This document shows positions 8,020-17,954 of a stretch of DNA of 64,000 nucleotides, piece by piece. The notes under the pieces were generated by a model. It was not told where the DNA came from, searched no databases, and saw only the letters and a list, made by a program, of their open reading frames with translations. The stretch spans positions 162 to 64,161 of the forward strand of contig JBDLUN010000144.1 in assembly GCA_039805245.1 (NCBI GenBank), in the 5' to 3' direction. Source of the DNA: Bacteroidota bacterium (GTDB lineage: Bacteria > Bacteroidota > Bacteroidia > Chitinophagales > Chitinophagaceae). Position numbers and translations under genes: made by a program. How positions within the stretch are numbered: position 1 is the stretch's first letter; the number at the start of each line of letters is the position of its first letter.

Positions 8020-9858
8020 ATGAAAACCAGACCCGCAAAGGCCTTGGTGGCCCTATATATTAGGGTACTCCTCTTGTCTATTTCGCCAATGGTCAGCATT
8101 GTTGCACAGCCTATTTTCAATGTAGGTTTCGGCACATTCCAGTTTACAGCAGCAAACAAAATCCATAAAGTTGGAACCAATGGTTCTGCGGCTGGTAACG
8201 TTACCCTGTATACCAATGTTATAACCATTGCCGGACAGCCCATTGATTGTATCATCAGGACTGTCAGCATCACCAATGGCAGTTTTGCACTACCCTCAGG
8301 TGCAGCAGCTGGAACAATACCATTCGACTACGCTTCCAATGTGGCTGCAGGGGGTAGCATGACAGCCAATCTAGACCGGTTTTTTGCTCCAACGGTAAAC
8401 TTCAACAACGGAGGCGGAAATGTCAAATTCAAGTTTGAATTCATATTGGGAGGAAGCTATAACAATGCCACCCATACCGGCTCCAAAGTGGTGCTGCAAA
8501 ATGTGCGGTTGAATACCTACGATATAGATGGAAATGGGGGTGCTTCATCCAATCAATACAATGAATTTGGCGGATTTGCCTCAGTTGCTCTTGGTGCCAC
8601 AACCAATATTTCCCAATCATACAATGCAGCTTCGGGGTTGACCAAGTTCCGGTCAAACAGTTCGACCAACGTTGCAACAGTAACCGATCCTGTTAATCGG
8701 GTTAGGGTGGAATATTCCATGGTTAGTGATTTTGAAATTATGGTGGGTGCTGATGCTTCCGGTCCTGCTTATTTCTTCCTGGATTTTTCCAACTATGTTT
8801 TTTCGAATGTCATCATCTACACCACCCCTGGATTTGATCTCAATACACAAACTCCAGGTTTCGGCAATGCCAATGGCGCCTGCTCAGGCACCAAAAGGTT
8901 CACCAATGGTCCGGGTTACGACAATATAACCAGTTCATCAGGGGTCATTGATGAAATCATCATCACCTACAATCGGGCAATGATACAAAATGGCAACAGT
9001 GAAGTATTGTTTCCCAAAGGGAATGCAAGTCTACCAGGAGATAGTATCAGGCTTGGGTTTACTGCTGCTGTAGCCAATAAGACCTTTACCATTGGAGGAG
9101 TTCAGTTTACGGTTGTCCGATCAGCTGACCCCACTGTCAACACTATTCGTTTGCGCAAGTTGACCGGAATCATGACTACTGCGCAAGCTGAAATGGTATT
9201 GGATTCCCTCTATTACGAGAATACATCACTGACCCCAACAGTAGGCTCGAGAGTCTTCGGGGTTTCCATCAGGGAGGGTTCATTCACTTCACCCATTGCT
9301 GATTTTGATGTGAGTGAAATCTGTATTTTGCCTGTCCGCTGGCTGGGATTCAATGCTGGCAAAGATGTAAAAGGGCAATTGAAGTTGGACTGGCAGGTGG
9401 CGGACGATGCGAATGCAATTGCCTATGATGTGGAATACAGTCGAAATGGTATGCAATGGCTTAAACTTGGTCAGGTTGATGTGTATGAAAACAGCAGCCA
9501 TACAGGGCGCTACACTTTCCATTCCATGCAGCCATTCACCGGATTGGTTTACTTCAGGATCAGGCAGGTTGATTTGAGTGGGCAATATGGTTTTTCAGCA
9601 GTCAGGTTGGTGGAATTTTCGAGCGTTGAGACAGTACGCATCTGGCCAAATCCTGCGGTAAATCAGGTTCAGGTAGAAGTAAAGGAGAGCAGTGATTTGG
9701 AGCTTCTGGATCAGGTTGGCAGCGTTTTTTATCGTGCTAAAGTAAGGCCTGGATACCCACAATATATTAGCCTGGAAAAACTACCTAAGGGTGTTTATAT
9801 CATGAGATTTTTAACAATCACAGGAAGTTCAACTGTCAAACGCCTGGTTAAGCAATGA
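8020..9858 (+). CDS. T9SS-secreted protein (type A CTD) with unknown N-terminal domain and an Ig-like adhesin-type module
   Basis: Signal-like N-terminus. ILPVRWLGF linker and C-terminal IWPNPA...LPKGVYIMRF...RLVKQ. Confidence 0.85.
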   Translation: MKTRPAKALVALYIRVLLLSISPMVSIVAQPIFNVGFGTFQFTAANKIHKVGTNGSAAGNVTLYTNVITIAGQPIDCIIRTVSITNGSFALPSGAAAGTIPFDYASNVAAGGSMTANLDRFFAPTVNFNNGGGNVKFKFEFILGGSYNNATHTGSKVVLQNVRLNTYDIDGNGGASSNQYNEFGGFASVALGATTNISQSYNAASGLTKFRSNSSTNVATVTDPVNRVRVEYSMVSDFEIMVGADASGPAYFFLDFSNYVFSNVIIYTTPGFDLNTQTPGFGNANGACSGTKRFTNGPGYDNITSSSGVIDEIIITYNRAMIQNGNSEVLFPKGNASLPGDSIRLGFTAAVANKTFTIGGVQFTVVRSADPTVNTIRLRKLTGIMTTAQAEMVLDSLYYENTSLTPTVGSRVFGVSIREGSFTSPIADFDVSEICILPVRWLGFNAGKDVKGQLKLDWQVADDANAIAYDVEYSRNGMQWLKLGQVDVYENSSHTGRYTFHSMQPFTGLVYFRIRQVDLSGQYGFSAVRLVEFSSVETVRIWPNPAVNQVQVEVKESSDLELLDQVGSVFYRAKVRPGYPQYISLEKLPKGVYIMRFLTITGSSTVKRLVKQ

Positions 9859-9870
9859 TGGGAAATCCAG

Positions 9871-10653
9871 TTATCTGATATCGTTTAGTACATCAATTTG
9901 AACCAAGTATGAGGTTTGATGAGGGTTGTCTATATAAGCCAATAAGGCAATTGCAAAAGCAAAAGCCAGACTGAATAAAATGGTAGTTGCACGCAATGCA
10001 TTCTTGTTTCCTATATGGGAAAAGGCAATGGCAATCTGTGTGAAAAGTCCGAATATGAACAACACTGCAATTTTCGATGTAGGTATATGTTGTTTCCTCA
10101 ACTCACGCCGTTCAAACCAGGATTGTCGTATGTTCTCAAGTTCTGTATAAAAAGCTTGTTGCATCACTGCATGTCCGGCAAAGTACTTTTCATCTGCAGC
10201 AATCAAATAATATTCCTGAAATGTTTGTTTTGAAAAGGACTGAACCTTGTAATTATTGTATCCTTCTCCGCCCAGCATATCGTCATTGACTTCTTGTTCT
10301 TTAAGTTTTTGAATATAGTTATTTACGGCATTAGCAACCCTGATTGAATCAGGTCCTAAAGGTTCTGTCATCCGAAGCAATGCACGCATGGAATTTGCCT
10401 GCTCAGTCATCAATGCATTTGTTTTGGTCACTTTGTTCCAAACCTCAGAAAAAATAAGACTCAAAAACAGCGCAAATAGCAAGGCCACCGAAGCAAAATA
10501 TGACGGTGAAACACTTCTGGGACTGTGTTTCCAATCACTGTATTTTTGCATACCAATAATTACGGTAATGCCCATCAAAATCGGAAGCAGTGCGGTTGAA
10601 AATTTAAGCATTATCATCGCAGTTGATTTGTGGTGCCAAAAGTAACGATACAA
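9871..10653 (-). CDS. DUF4239 (bestrophin-like) membrane protein; true start may be 10617 or 10611
   Basis: Pattern VALLFALFLSLIFSEVW...EQANSMRALLR, plus two C-terminal TM helices. Confidence 0.7.
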   Translation of the reverse strand: MYRYFWHHKSTAMIMLKFSTALLPILMGITVIIGMQKYSDWKHSPRSVSPSYFASVALLFALFLSLIFSEVWNKVTKTNALMTEQANSMRALLRMTEPLGPDSIRVANAVNNYIQKLKEQEVNDDMLGGEGYNNYKVQSFSKQTFQEYYLIAADEKYFAGHAVMQQAFYTELENIRQSWFERRELRKQHIPTSKIAVLFIFGLFTQIAIAFSHIGNKNALRATTILFSLAFAFAIALLAYIDNPHQTSYLVQIDVLNDIR

Positions 10654-10702
10654 TCATAGAGAGAAATTTTATTCCTTGAAATTCTTTTGATTAATTTGAG
10701 AT

Positions 10703-11950
10703 ATGAAAAAATGGGTCATCATACTGGCAATTGGTTTAGTTTCTGCAGAAAAATTGTTTGCTCAAGGCAATATAATTCAGCGTGACTTAGAGTGGGCAAA
10801 AGGCTTTACCAAGACCATCATGACAACTTATCCGGACTCTATTGTGGTGAAGAAATTTGTTCAGCACATGATGCAAGACAAGGAAGGCAATGATCCTTCC
10901 AAGCGGGCAGCTGTCTGGAATTATGAGGAAGCGGTGGTGCTCAAAGGCATCCTGCGATTGTGGAACAGAACTGGCGACCAATCGCTTTTCAATTACACGA
11001 AAAAAATTATCGATCATTTCATAGCAGAAGACGGCAGCATCCGCACCTATCAACCACTTGATTACAATTCCGATCAGGTTACCGGAGGTTTGATTCTGCT
11101 TGAATTGTTTAAGCAAACGAAAGCGCCAAAGTACAAGTTAGCCATGGACCATTTGTGGGAACAGATCCAATGGCAGCCACGCACCAAGGAAGGCGGATTC
11201 TGGCACAAGTACAAATACCCTTATCAAATGTGGCTGGATGGCGCTTATATGCTTGATTATTTTTATGCATCATATGCCCATACATTCCAAAAAGATGCCT
11301 TTACGGATATTGCCAATCAGTTGATCTGGATGGAAAAGCATATGAAAGATCCCCAATCGGGATTGCTTTTCCATGGCTGGGACGAAAGTAAAAAGCAGGG
11401 ATGGTCTGATCCTGTTACCGGCCGCTCACCGGAAGTATGGAACCGTGCTATGGGATGGTATGCTATGGCTTTGGTGGATATTCTAGACATTTTCCCGGAA
11501 AAACATCCCCAAAGAAAAGAGCTCATCAGGATATTATCAGATATGCTGCAGGCTGTTGCACGCTATCAGGATCCAGTATCAGGAACCTGGTATCAGATTC
11601 CCAACAAGGGTGATCAGCCTGGCAATTACCTGGAAGCTTCCGGCTCCACCATGTTCACCTACGCGCTGGCAAAGGGTTTGAATATGGGCATCTTGCCTGG
11701 GGTTATGAAACCTGTGTTGGATAAGGCATACCAGGGCCTGCTCAAAACCTTCATTACGGTTGATGAAAAAGGTTTGCCTCACATCCACCACTCTTGCAGC
11801 GGCGCAGGGCTTGGCGGCATTCCTTATCGGCCTGGAACTTATGCCTATTACGTTAACGAGCCACAGCGTTCGGATGACTTGAAGACCATTGGTCCTTTGA
11901 TTAGCCTGTTTTTGGAGATGGAGAGATATGCGCAAAACAGTGGCCGTTAA
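10703..11950 (+). CDS. GH105 (GH88/105) unsaturated rhamnogalacturonyl/glucuronyl hydrolase, YteR/YesR-like
   Basis: WNYE, GGFWHK, MWLDGAYM, WNRAMGW and YLEASGS motifs; signal peptide. Confidence 0.9.
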   Translation: MKKWVIILAIGLVSAEKLFAQGNIIQRDLEWAKGFTKTIMTTYPDSIVVKKFVQHMMQDKEGNDPSKRAAVWNYEEAVVLKGILRLWNRTGDQSLFNYTKKIIDHFIAEDGSIRTYQPLDYNSDQVTGGLILLELFKQTKAPKYKLAMDHLWEQIQWQPRTKEGGFWHKYKYPYQMWLDGAYMLDYFYASYAHTFQKDAFTDIANQLIWMEKHMKDPQSGLLFHGWDESKKQGWSDPVTGRSPEVWNRAMGWYAMALVDILDIFPEKHPQRKELIRILSDMLQAVARYQDPVSGTWYQIPNKGDQPGNYLEASGSTMFTYALAKGLNMGILPGVMKPVLDKAYQGLLKTFITVDEKGLPHIHHSCSGAGLGGIPYRPGTYAYYVNEPQRSDDLKTIGPLISLFLEMERYAQNSGR

Positions 11951-11961
11951 ATTTCTGCAGC

Positions 11962-13029
11962 TCAGAAACTATATTTAAGTCTTATGAAACCAGTATGTTG
12001 AATGGAGATGAATCCTTTATGCCGGTGACCCCAAAAACCCTGCCAGACCATGTCCAGCAACAAATTGCTCATCAGGTTGAATGAGCCAGTAGGGTAGAAA
12101 ATCCACAGCCCTGTTAAGGGTGCTTGCAAAACATGCATACTGGCTGAGATGATTGGAGTGATTTCTTTGCGCAGGGCAATCAAGGTATTCCAACGGGTTG
12201 GCATGAGTTTGTCTGCCGTATTGCTGAAGTTTAATGCTTCCCAATTTCCTGGATGTTCATGCAGACCTCTTTGATTGAACAACAGACTTCCAGTCCAATA
12301 CCATCCTTTTGTGCTGATGAAATCCCACTCTATACTGGCATTCAACCTGCCTGGGCTGAAAGGGTCTTTTGAAAAATATTGAATTTCACCTTTGAAACCT
12401 GTATTGCCCATACTTCCTTGCCATCCCATTCCTATGGTTGGTCTACTATTGAAAAATCCACCAATCAATTGCCAATCATAACTGCCTATATGCCGGTTGT
12501 ATTTTACAGCAATAATATTTTTATAACTGGTATAGTGTGGTTTCCATGCAAGATCTAAAGAACTATTTGATGAAAAGCGGTAATGCATCTTCATTCCATC
12601 TACACCTGATCTTTCTTCAAAGTCAAAATCAAATAGATTATAAGTGTTGAAAATATCGTTGGGATTCCAGCTATTATTCATACCCCAATTGATTCTTTGC
12701 CTGCCTGCCGTTATACTCAAACGTTCATTTCGGTATTCAACCCATAACCTTTCGAGACTGGATTTGAGTTGGTTATTATTCCAAAAAAACCTGTTTCGCA
12801 AGGCTGCACCAGCTTTCCAGCGATTGCTTTGCCAATCCAGGTTGAACCGGTTGTGGATGATATTTTCATATTTAAACGGTTGTAATTTGTTGGGGAAACT
12901 GATAATATTCAGGTCTTTGAGGTATCCGTTCCATTGAAAAAAGGTTTTTTGTGTTGAATCTTGTGCAGGGCATATGGAAATCAAACAACCCATGCTGAAA
13001 ATCAAACATATAAGAGGTATCAACCTCAT
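11962..13029 (-). CDS. Hypothetical outer-membrane beta-barrel protein
   Basis: Signal peptide, GRQRINWG...WNPNDIF motif, alternating beta-strand pattern and C-terminal Phe (RLKYSF). Overlaps the ABC ATPase stop by 4 bp. Confidence 0.7.
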   Translation of the reverse strand: MRLIPLICLIFSMGCLISICPAQDSTQKTFFQWNGYLKDLNIISFPNKLQPFKYENIIHNRFNLDWQSNRWKAGAALRNRFFWNNNQLKSSLERLWVEYRNERLSITAGRQRINWGMNNSWNPNDIFNTYNLFDFDFEERSGVDGMKMHYRFSSNSSLDLAWKPHYTSYKNIIAVKYNRHIGSYDWQLIGGFFNSRPTIGMGWQGSMGNTGFKGEIQYFSKDPFSPGRLNASIEWDFISTKGWYWTGSLLFNQRGLHEHPGNWEALNFSNTADKLMPTRWNTLIALRKEITPIISASMHVLQAPLTGLWIFYPTGSFNLMSNLLLDMVWQGFWGHRHKGFISIQHTGFIRLKYSF

Positions 13030-13730
13030 GACGGTAGAGTTAGATTTGAGGTATCATCAGCAATTTTACCGTCAACCAATTTGATGATGCGCTTGGCCCG
13101 GTCAATGACCCGTTGGTCATGGCTTGAAAACAGGAAGGTCATGTTTTCATCCTGATTCAGTTTATACATCATATCCAACAAATTGAATGCTGCAACAGAA
13201 TCGAGGTTGGCAGTGGGCTCATCAGCCAGAACAAATTGAGGTTTGGAGGCGAGTGCCCTGATGACGGCAACACGCTGTTGTTGGCCACCTGAAAGTTCTG
13301 CCGGTCTGGCATTTTCTTTTCCTTCCAGGCCCACTTCCCTGAAGAGATTTCGGATCCTCTCTTCCCGTTGGTTTTTTGGAATTTTCTGAAGCAGCAAGAT
13401 GAATTCTGCATTTTCTTTGGCCGTCAATACCGGTATCAGGTTGAATGATTGAAAAACAAATCCAATGTTCCTCAGCCGGAAATCAACCAGCTGGCGTGAC
13501 GTCAGCGCAGTTGTCTCCGTGCCGTTGATGATGATGCTTCCCTCATCAGGTTTGTCGAGCCCCCCGATGATATTCAATAAGGTTGTTTTTCCCGAACCTG
13601 ATGGCCCAACAAGAGCAGCAAATTCGCCACGTGCAAAATGTAAATGAACATTACTGATGGCGTGAACTGGAATATGCTCTGCATGATAGGTTTTGCTGAT
13701 ATTGTGTGCATCGATTACCGTGTTTTCCAT
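13026..13730 (-). CDS. ABC transporter ATP-binding protein (LolD/MacB-like)
   Basis: [28 protein letters not shown] and SSHD. Confidence 0.95.
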   Translation of the reverse strand: MENTVIDAHNISKTYHAEHIPVHAISNVHLHFARGEFAALVGPSGSGKTTLLNIIGGLDKPDEGSIIINGTETTALTSRQLVDFRLRNIGFVFQSFNLIPVLTAKENAEFILLLQKIPKNQREERIRNLFREVGLEGKENARPAELSGGQQQRVAVIRALASKPQFVLADEPTANLDSVAAFNLLDMMYKLNQDENMTFLFSSHDQRVIDRAKRIIKLVDGKIADDTSNLTLPS

Positions 13731-13733
13731 TGT

Positions 13734-14948
13734 TCAATTTTGAAGTGCATCTATGGGATTCATTTGAAGGCTTTTCCAAATGGGTAAGAGTGAAGAAACA
13801 AGTGCGGTGGCCATCACAATCAGCAGGATACCCGGAATGGCTGCTGCAGGAAAGCTCGGATAAATGGCTGTTTCAAATCCAAAGCTTTGCATCATTTCCT
13901 GCCCCATGCCACTGAAATCCATTCCGTTTTTACCATAATAGGCAATGGCAAGCCAGGCAACGGTAATGGCCACCGGAATGCCACCCAATGCGAGCAAACA
14001 TGTTTCCAATAAAATAAGCTGTAGGAGTATGTTTTTGCTCATTCCTAATGCCATCATCATGCCTGTTTCATGCTTTCTTTCCAAAATGGACATCATCATG
14101 GTATTCATGATGCCAAAAGAAAGTGCAATCATGATAATGACGAGGATGATGGATGAATAGGTATTGATCGTTCCTGCCATCAGGTCTGTTTCCGGAGAAA
14201 GGCTTTGCCAGGGTTCTACTGCAAGATGCTGATTGGATGATGCGAGAATATTTTGCGTGGTTTCCAATGCGGAGTCAGACTTGAGGAGGATGGCCACCTC
14301 ATGAATTTCTTCAGACAGTCCGAGCATCGCCCGTAAATCATTGATGTTGGTATAGACAGTCACCTCATCTAATGGGGCATTAGCAGATTGGAAAATCCCC
14401 ATGATGCTGAATGCTCCTGCAATTAAGCTTGAAGCAGTATCCACTGTAGTCAGTACTATTTTGGAACCTTTTTTCAATTTCAATTTTTGGGCCAGTTTTT
14501 TTCCTATCAGCACTCCTTTTTTATTTTCAGGCCAGCTCATCACTCCGGCAATGATTTTTTTATCCAATCCGGAAACAGCTGCCTCTTTTCCGGGCATAAT
14601 ACCGGTAATAATTACACCTGCGCTGCCTGTTGCAGTTGTCAGCATACCCGCACTCACAGTCCGTTCTGCAAATGCCGCTACTGCCGGCATAGTGTTGAGT
14701 TCTTCAAAGAGTGAAGCCTTCCCTAAAATGAATGCAGAAGGATCCTTTTCTTCAGTAAATTCCGGATCATGTATTTGAAGATGACCTGTTTCTGTTTGGA
14801 TAACGGTTCTGACACGGCTGTCCATCATGCCTTTGTATAGGGCATTAACTGCAATGCCTGAAAACAATCCAACTGAAACAGACAACATGATAACAAGGCT
14901 TCTTGTCCGATTTCTCCAGATGTTTCTCCAAGCCAATTTGAATACCAT
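13734..14948 (-). CDS. ABC permease, FtsX/LolC-E/MacB type
   Basis: LAWRNIWRN...RS start, large periplasmic loop, MSILERKHETGMMMALGM and three C-terminal TM helices. Confidence 0.92.
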   Translation of the reverse strand: MVFKLAWRNIWRNRTRSLVIMLSVSVGLFSGIAVNALYKGMMDSRVRTVIQTETGHLQIHDPEFTEEKDPSAFILGKASLFEELNTMPAVAAFAERTVSAGMLTTATGSAGVIITGIMPGKEAAVSGLDKKIIAGVMSWPENKKGVLIGKKLAQKLKLKKGSKIVLTTVDTASSLIAGAFSIMGIFQSANAPLDEVTVYTNINDLRAMLGLSEEIHEVAILLKSDSALETTQNILASSNQHLAVEPWQSLSPETDLMAGTINTYSSIILVIIMIALSFGIMNTMMMSILERKHETGMMMALGMSKNILLQLILLETCLLALGGIPVAITVAWLAIAYYGKNGMDFSGMGQEMMQSFGFETAIYPSFPAAAIPGILLIVMATALVSSLLPIWKSLQMNPIDALQN

Positions 14949-14951
14949 GGT

Positions 14952-16169
14952 TTATTTTTTCATTGCTTCAACAGGTTTCATCTTTTGGATGATAAACATG
15001 GGATAAAGGCCCAAAAGGGTGCCCATTATAAAAACAGTTATCCATTGGCTCAGGAAAAGAACCGGATCGGTAGAGGTGGGGAAAATGGGTTCAAAGCCGA
15101 ATTTTGAATAGGTTTCCGCAAGCTTTCCGCTGATCTGCAATGGATATTTTTTCAGTATTATAGCTATCGGATAGGCGATGAGGAGTCCGCCTGTAGCGCC
15201 TATCATTGCGGCGAAAATCAATTCGATGAACATCAGCTTTTGGAGAACCCTTTTGTGCATGCCTAGTGCAAGCAGCATACCATTTTCCCGTTTTCTTTCA
15301 GACATCATAATCAGTAGCGTGCTGAAAACACCAAAGCTTACAAGAAAATACAGGATATATTGGATTATTTGCATATTACCGGAGTCTGCATCGATATGTT
15401 GTTTGATGTCAGGCATCAGTTCACCCCAGGTCAGTGTTTCAAAATCCGCGCCAATTGCCGATTGGATATTTTCAGCGAGCTGTTCAGGGTTGATTTTGGA
15501 GCTTGTCAAAATTGACCAGGTGGTGATGAGGGAGTCGGCGCCAAGCAATTGCTGTGCTGCAAGCAAGGGCATAATAATCAATTTTTTATTGAGTTGTGGT
15601 GATCCCAGGTCAATGATTCCTGAAACAGGGTATTTGCCTCCAGCAGAAGCGCCATGATAGCCTTGCCCAATCAGTATAAGTGTATCATTAACCATGATCT
15701 GCAGTTCTTTAGCAAGTTCTTTGGCTACCATTACTTTGTTATCTCTGCTATTCGCCAGCTGCCCTGCATGGATTTTGTTTTTCAAGTGCATGAAACGTTC
15801 GGATTCAGTAGCTTCCACCCCTACAATCATGCATCCTTTGGTTTTGTCTTCATATGAGGTCAAGGCAAAACTGACAAGCCTGCCTGTCATGGCGTCTGCA
15901 CCTTTTTGATTTAGAATTTTCCGGCCGATGGCATCGCTAGGGAAAAAAGCATTTTCAAGTGTCTGTTCATCCTGGTATCCTTGTCTGCTGATTTGAATAT
16001 GTCCGGTATAACTGCTCACCATATTCATAACCAGCTGATCGAAAATGCCATTCTTCAAGCTGGAGGCAAGCGTTGATATCAGCGTGGCAAAGAAGATTGA
16101 TAATATCGTGATCCAGGTTCTGCTTTTATTTCGCCAAAGATTTTTCCATGCCAGCAAGATTATCCACAT
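14952..16169 (-). CDS. ABC permease, FtsX/LolC-E/MacB type (paralog of the neighbouring gene)
   Basis: LAWKNLWRNK start from ATG 16169; SERKRENGMLLALGM. Confidence 0.92.
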   Translation of the reverse strand: MWIILLAWKNLWRNKSRTWITILSIFFATLISTLASSLKNGIFDQLVMNMVSSYTGHIQISRQGYQDEQTLENAFFPSDAIGRKILNQKGADAMTGRLVSFALTSYEDKTKGCMIVGVEATESERFMHLKNKIHAGQLANSRDNKVMVAKELAKELQIMVNDTLILIGQGYHGASAGGKYPVSGIIDLGSPQLNKKLIIMPLLAAQQLLGADSLITTWSILTSSKINPEQLAENIQSAIGADFETLTWGELMPDIKQHIDADSGNMQIIQYILYFLVSFGVFSTLLIMMSERKRENGMLLALGMHKRVLQKLMFIELIFAAMIGATGGLLIAYPIAIILKKYPLQISGKLAETYSKFGFEPIFPTSTDPVLFLSQWITVFIMGTLLGLYPMFIIQKMKPVEAMKK

Positions 16170-16188
16170 ATGCTGTAATTGAAGCGTT

Positions 16189-16929
16189 TTACCGGGCAAT
16201 CAGGTATCTCATTTTGTCTACTGTGAAAAATTCATCAGCGATTGGTTTGTCGAATTGGATGGATTCGTAACGCATTTCCGTTTTCTGATTTTTCTTGTCA
16301 GCCGGAATCATTTCAAATCGGGTTGGAATCAATCTGCCATCCATGAGCTTTATATCATATCCATTCATGGTGTTTACAAGCCTGTTTTCATCATCATAGA
16401 ATTCGGCATGCAACTGCACCAGTCTTTCTTTTTCAATGCAGGTAATGAGTTTGCCCCATACCACTGCCGCTTCGGGTCTGGGTATAAGCAGTATTTTGTA
16501 GCAGGACCTGTTCCCGATGATGGTGTCTCCACTGAAACTGTGGATGTAATCAGAAACCAGTGAAGACTCCTTTACCAGGTCATCATTGGTAAAGTCGGTT
16601 CCCATCCACGATTGGCTCATCATGGAAGGGGGCAGTTTGATTGTCTTTTCTATCGAAGGCATCCAGTTCCATACTTCCTTGTTTCTTTTCAGAAAAACAA
16701 TTCCTTTGTCCCTTGCTGGTGCTTCAATCAGCAGCATGGAAAAGCTGTTGCCTTTTATCCAGGCCTGTATTTTCATCTCCCGTTTCCAGGTGGGTCTGAT
16801 GGTGCTAACAATCAAAACGGCTGTTGATGTTTTGCCCCTCATTTTCTCCTCTGTTTGCCTGACAATATCAGAGGCTGATTGGCTTTGGATGGTAAACGGT
16901 ATGATAAAGAACAGCAGCAAAATCTTCAT
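16189..16929 (-). CDS. Outer membrane lipoprotein-sorting protein (LolA-like fold)
   Basis: Signal peptide from ATG 16929; APARDKGIVFLK...VWNWMPS...SWMGTDFTNDD family motif. Confidence 0.88.
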   Translation of the reverse strand: MKILLLFFIIPFTIQSQSASDIVRQTEEKMRGKTSTAVLIVSTIRPTWKREMKIQAWIKGNSFSMLLIEAPARDKGIVFLKRNKEVWNWMPSIEKTIKLPPSMMSQSWMGTDFTNDDLVKESSLVSDYIHSFSGDTIIGNRSCYKILLIPRPEAAVVWGKLITCIEKERLVQLHAEFYDDENRLVNTMNGYDIKLMDGRLIPTRFEMIPADKKNQKTEMRYESIQFDKPIADEFFTVDKMRYLIAR

Positions 16930-17035
16930 AATGGGTTGCATGAACCATGAAGCTAGTTGCGTTTTGGCTGGCTGCAAATGATTTGGCGCAAGACATTACT
17001 GATTTAAATCATGTAGTTTTTGCCAAAGCAATTAA

Positions 17036-17818
17036 TCAGTGGCAGAGTGTAGTTTTTTGTGTGAGCACCCTTCCAAGTTCTTCCGATGATCCGTTTTCAT
17101 GAACATGGTACAGGATGTCTGCATAATCTATTTGACAATCCCTTATTTTTTTGTTCAGCAATACAAGGTATCCGTCTTTCACTTTGGCGAATTTTCCTCT
17201 GGGCCAATAGCTGGCGTTTTCCAAAACAAACCAGGCATCATAAGGGTTTTGGGTACGTGGAATCAGTTTGTTCATTTCACCGGGGCCATTTACCTGAATG
17301 ATTTTGTTTCGCGTGGAAAGTCCGATGAAATAATGTCTGCAATCCCCGGGAGGGCAATCATTCCCAAATCCTACAGGCTGGTGAAAATCTTCATAGCCGG
17401 CTCTCCTGGGTGCCTGCTTCAGCCGGTTTTTTTGGGTAACGGTGAGTTGTCTGCTGAAGAGGACTGATGTATCATTTCCCATACCCCTTCCAGTCGATAC
17501 TATGGCAACATAGGCGATGGTATCTGGCCAGGATAACTTGTTGAAGAATTTTCCTTGCTCGAAATCGTTGAATCTGGCAAGGTTAATCCGGTAGTCTCCA
17601 ATATCCAGCAAGCCATCTTTCCAGTCTAAGGCTGACTTGTTTTCAGACCTTCCGTCAACAATCTCCAAACCGTAACGGTTGTACCGTTCATCAGCAGGGA
17701 TGGCCAGCAGGCTGTCTGGCAGTTTCATGATGATGGAATCAGCGGTATTGCCAGCCCTCGCAACTTGTGTGGTACTGAGGGAGAACATCATTATGGCAGT
17801 GGCCAAAAATACTTTCAT
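17036..17818 (-). CDS. Hypothetical secreted protein with four cysteines
   Basis: 260-codon ORF filling the gap; signal peptide MKVFLATAIMMFSLST...ARA; GFGNDCPPGDC, DCQI and LCH. Confidence 0.75.
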   Translation of the reverse strand: MKVFLATAIMMFSLSTTQVARAGNTADSIIMKLPDSLLAIPADERYNRYGLEIVDGRSENKSALDWKDGLLDIGDYRINLARFNDFEQGKFFNKLSWPDTIAYVAIVSTGRGMGNDTSVLFSRQLTVTQKNRLKQAPRRAGYEDFHQPVGFGNDCPPGDCRHYFIGLSTRNKIIQVNGPGEMNKLIPRTQNPYDAWFVLENASYWPRGKFAKVKDGYLVLLNKKIRDCQIDYADILYHVHENGSSEELGRVLTQKTTLCH

Positions 17819-17954
17819 ATAAGGGGATTGGGGTAATTCCAATAAAGTTAGGTGTTGGTATGGAAATCCGGATTTTTTTCAGTATCTTCATTTCGATGGT
17901 TGCTATTTACCCTTTAAGGGTGACAGGCAACCATTTGTCATTTAAAACAGAACT

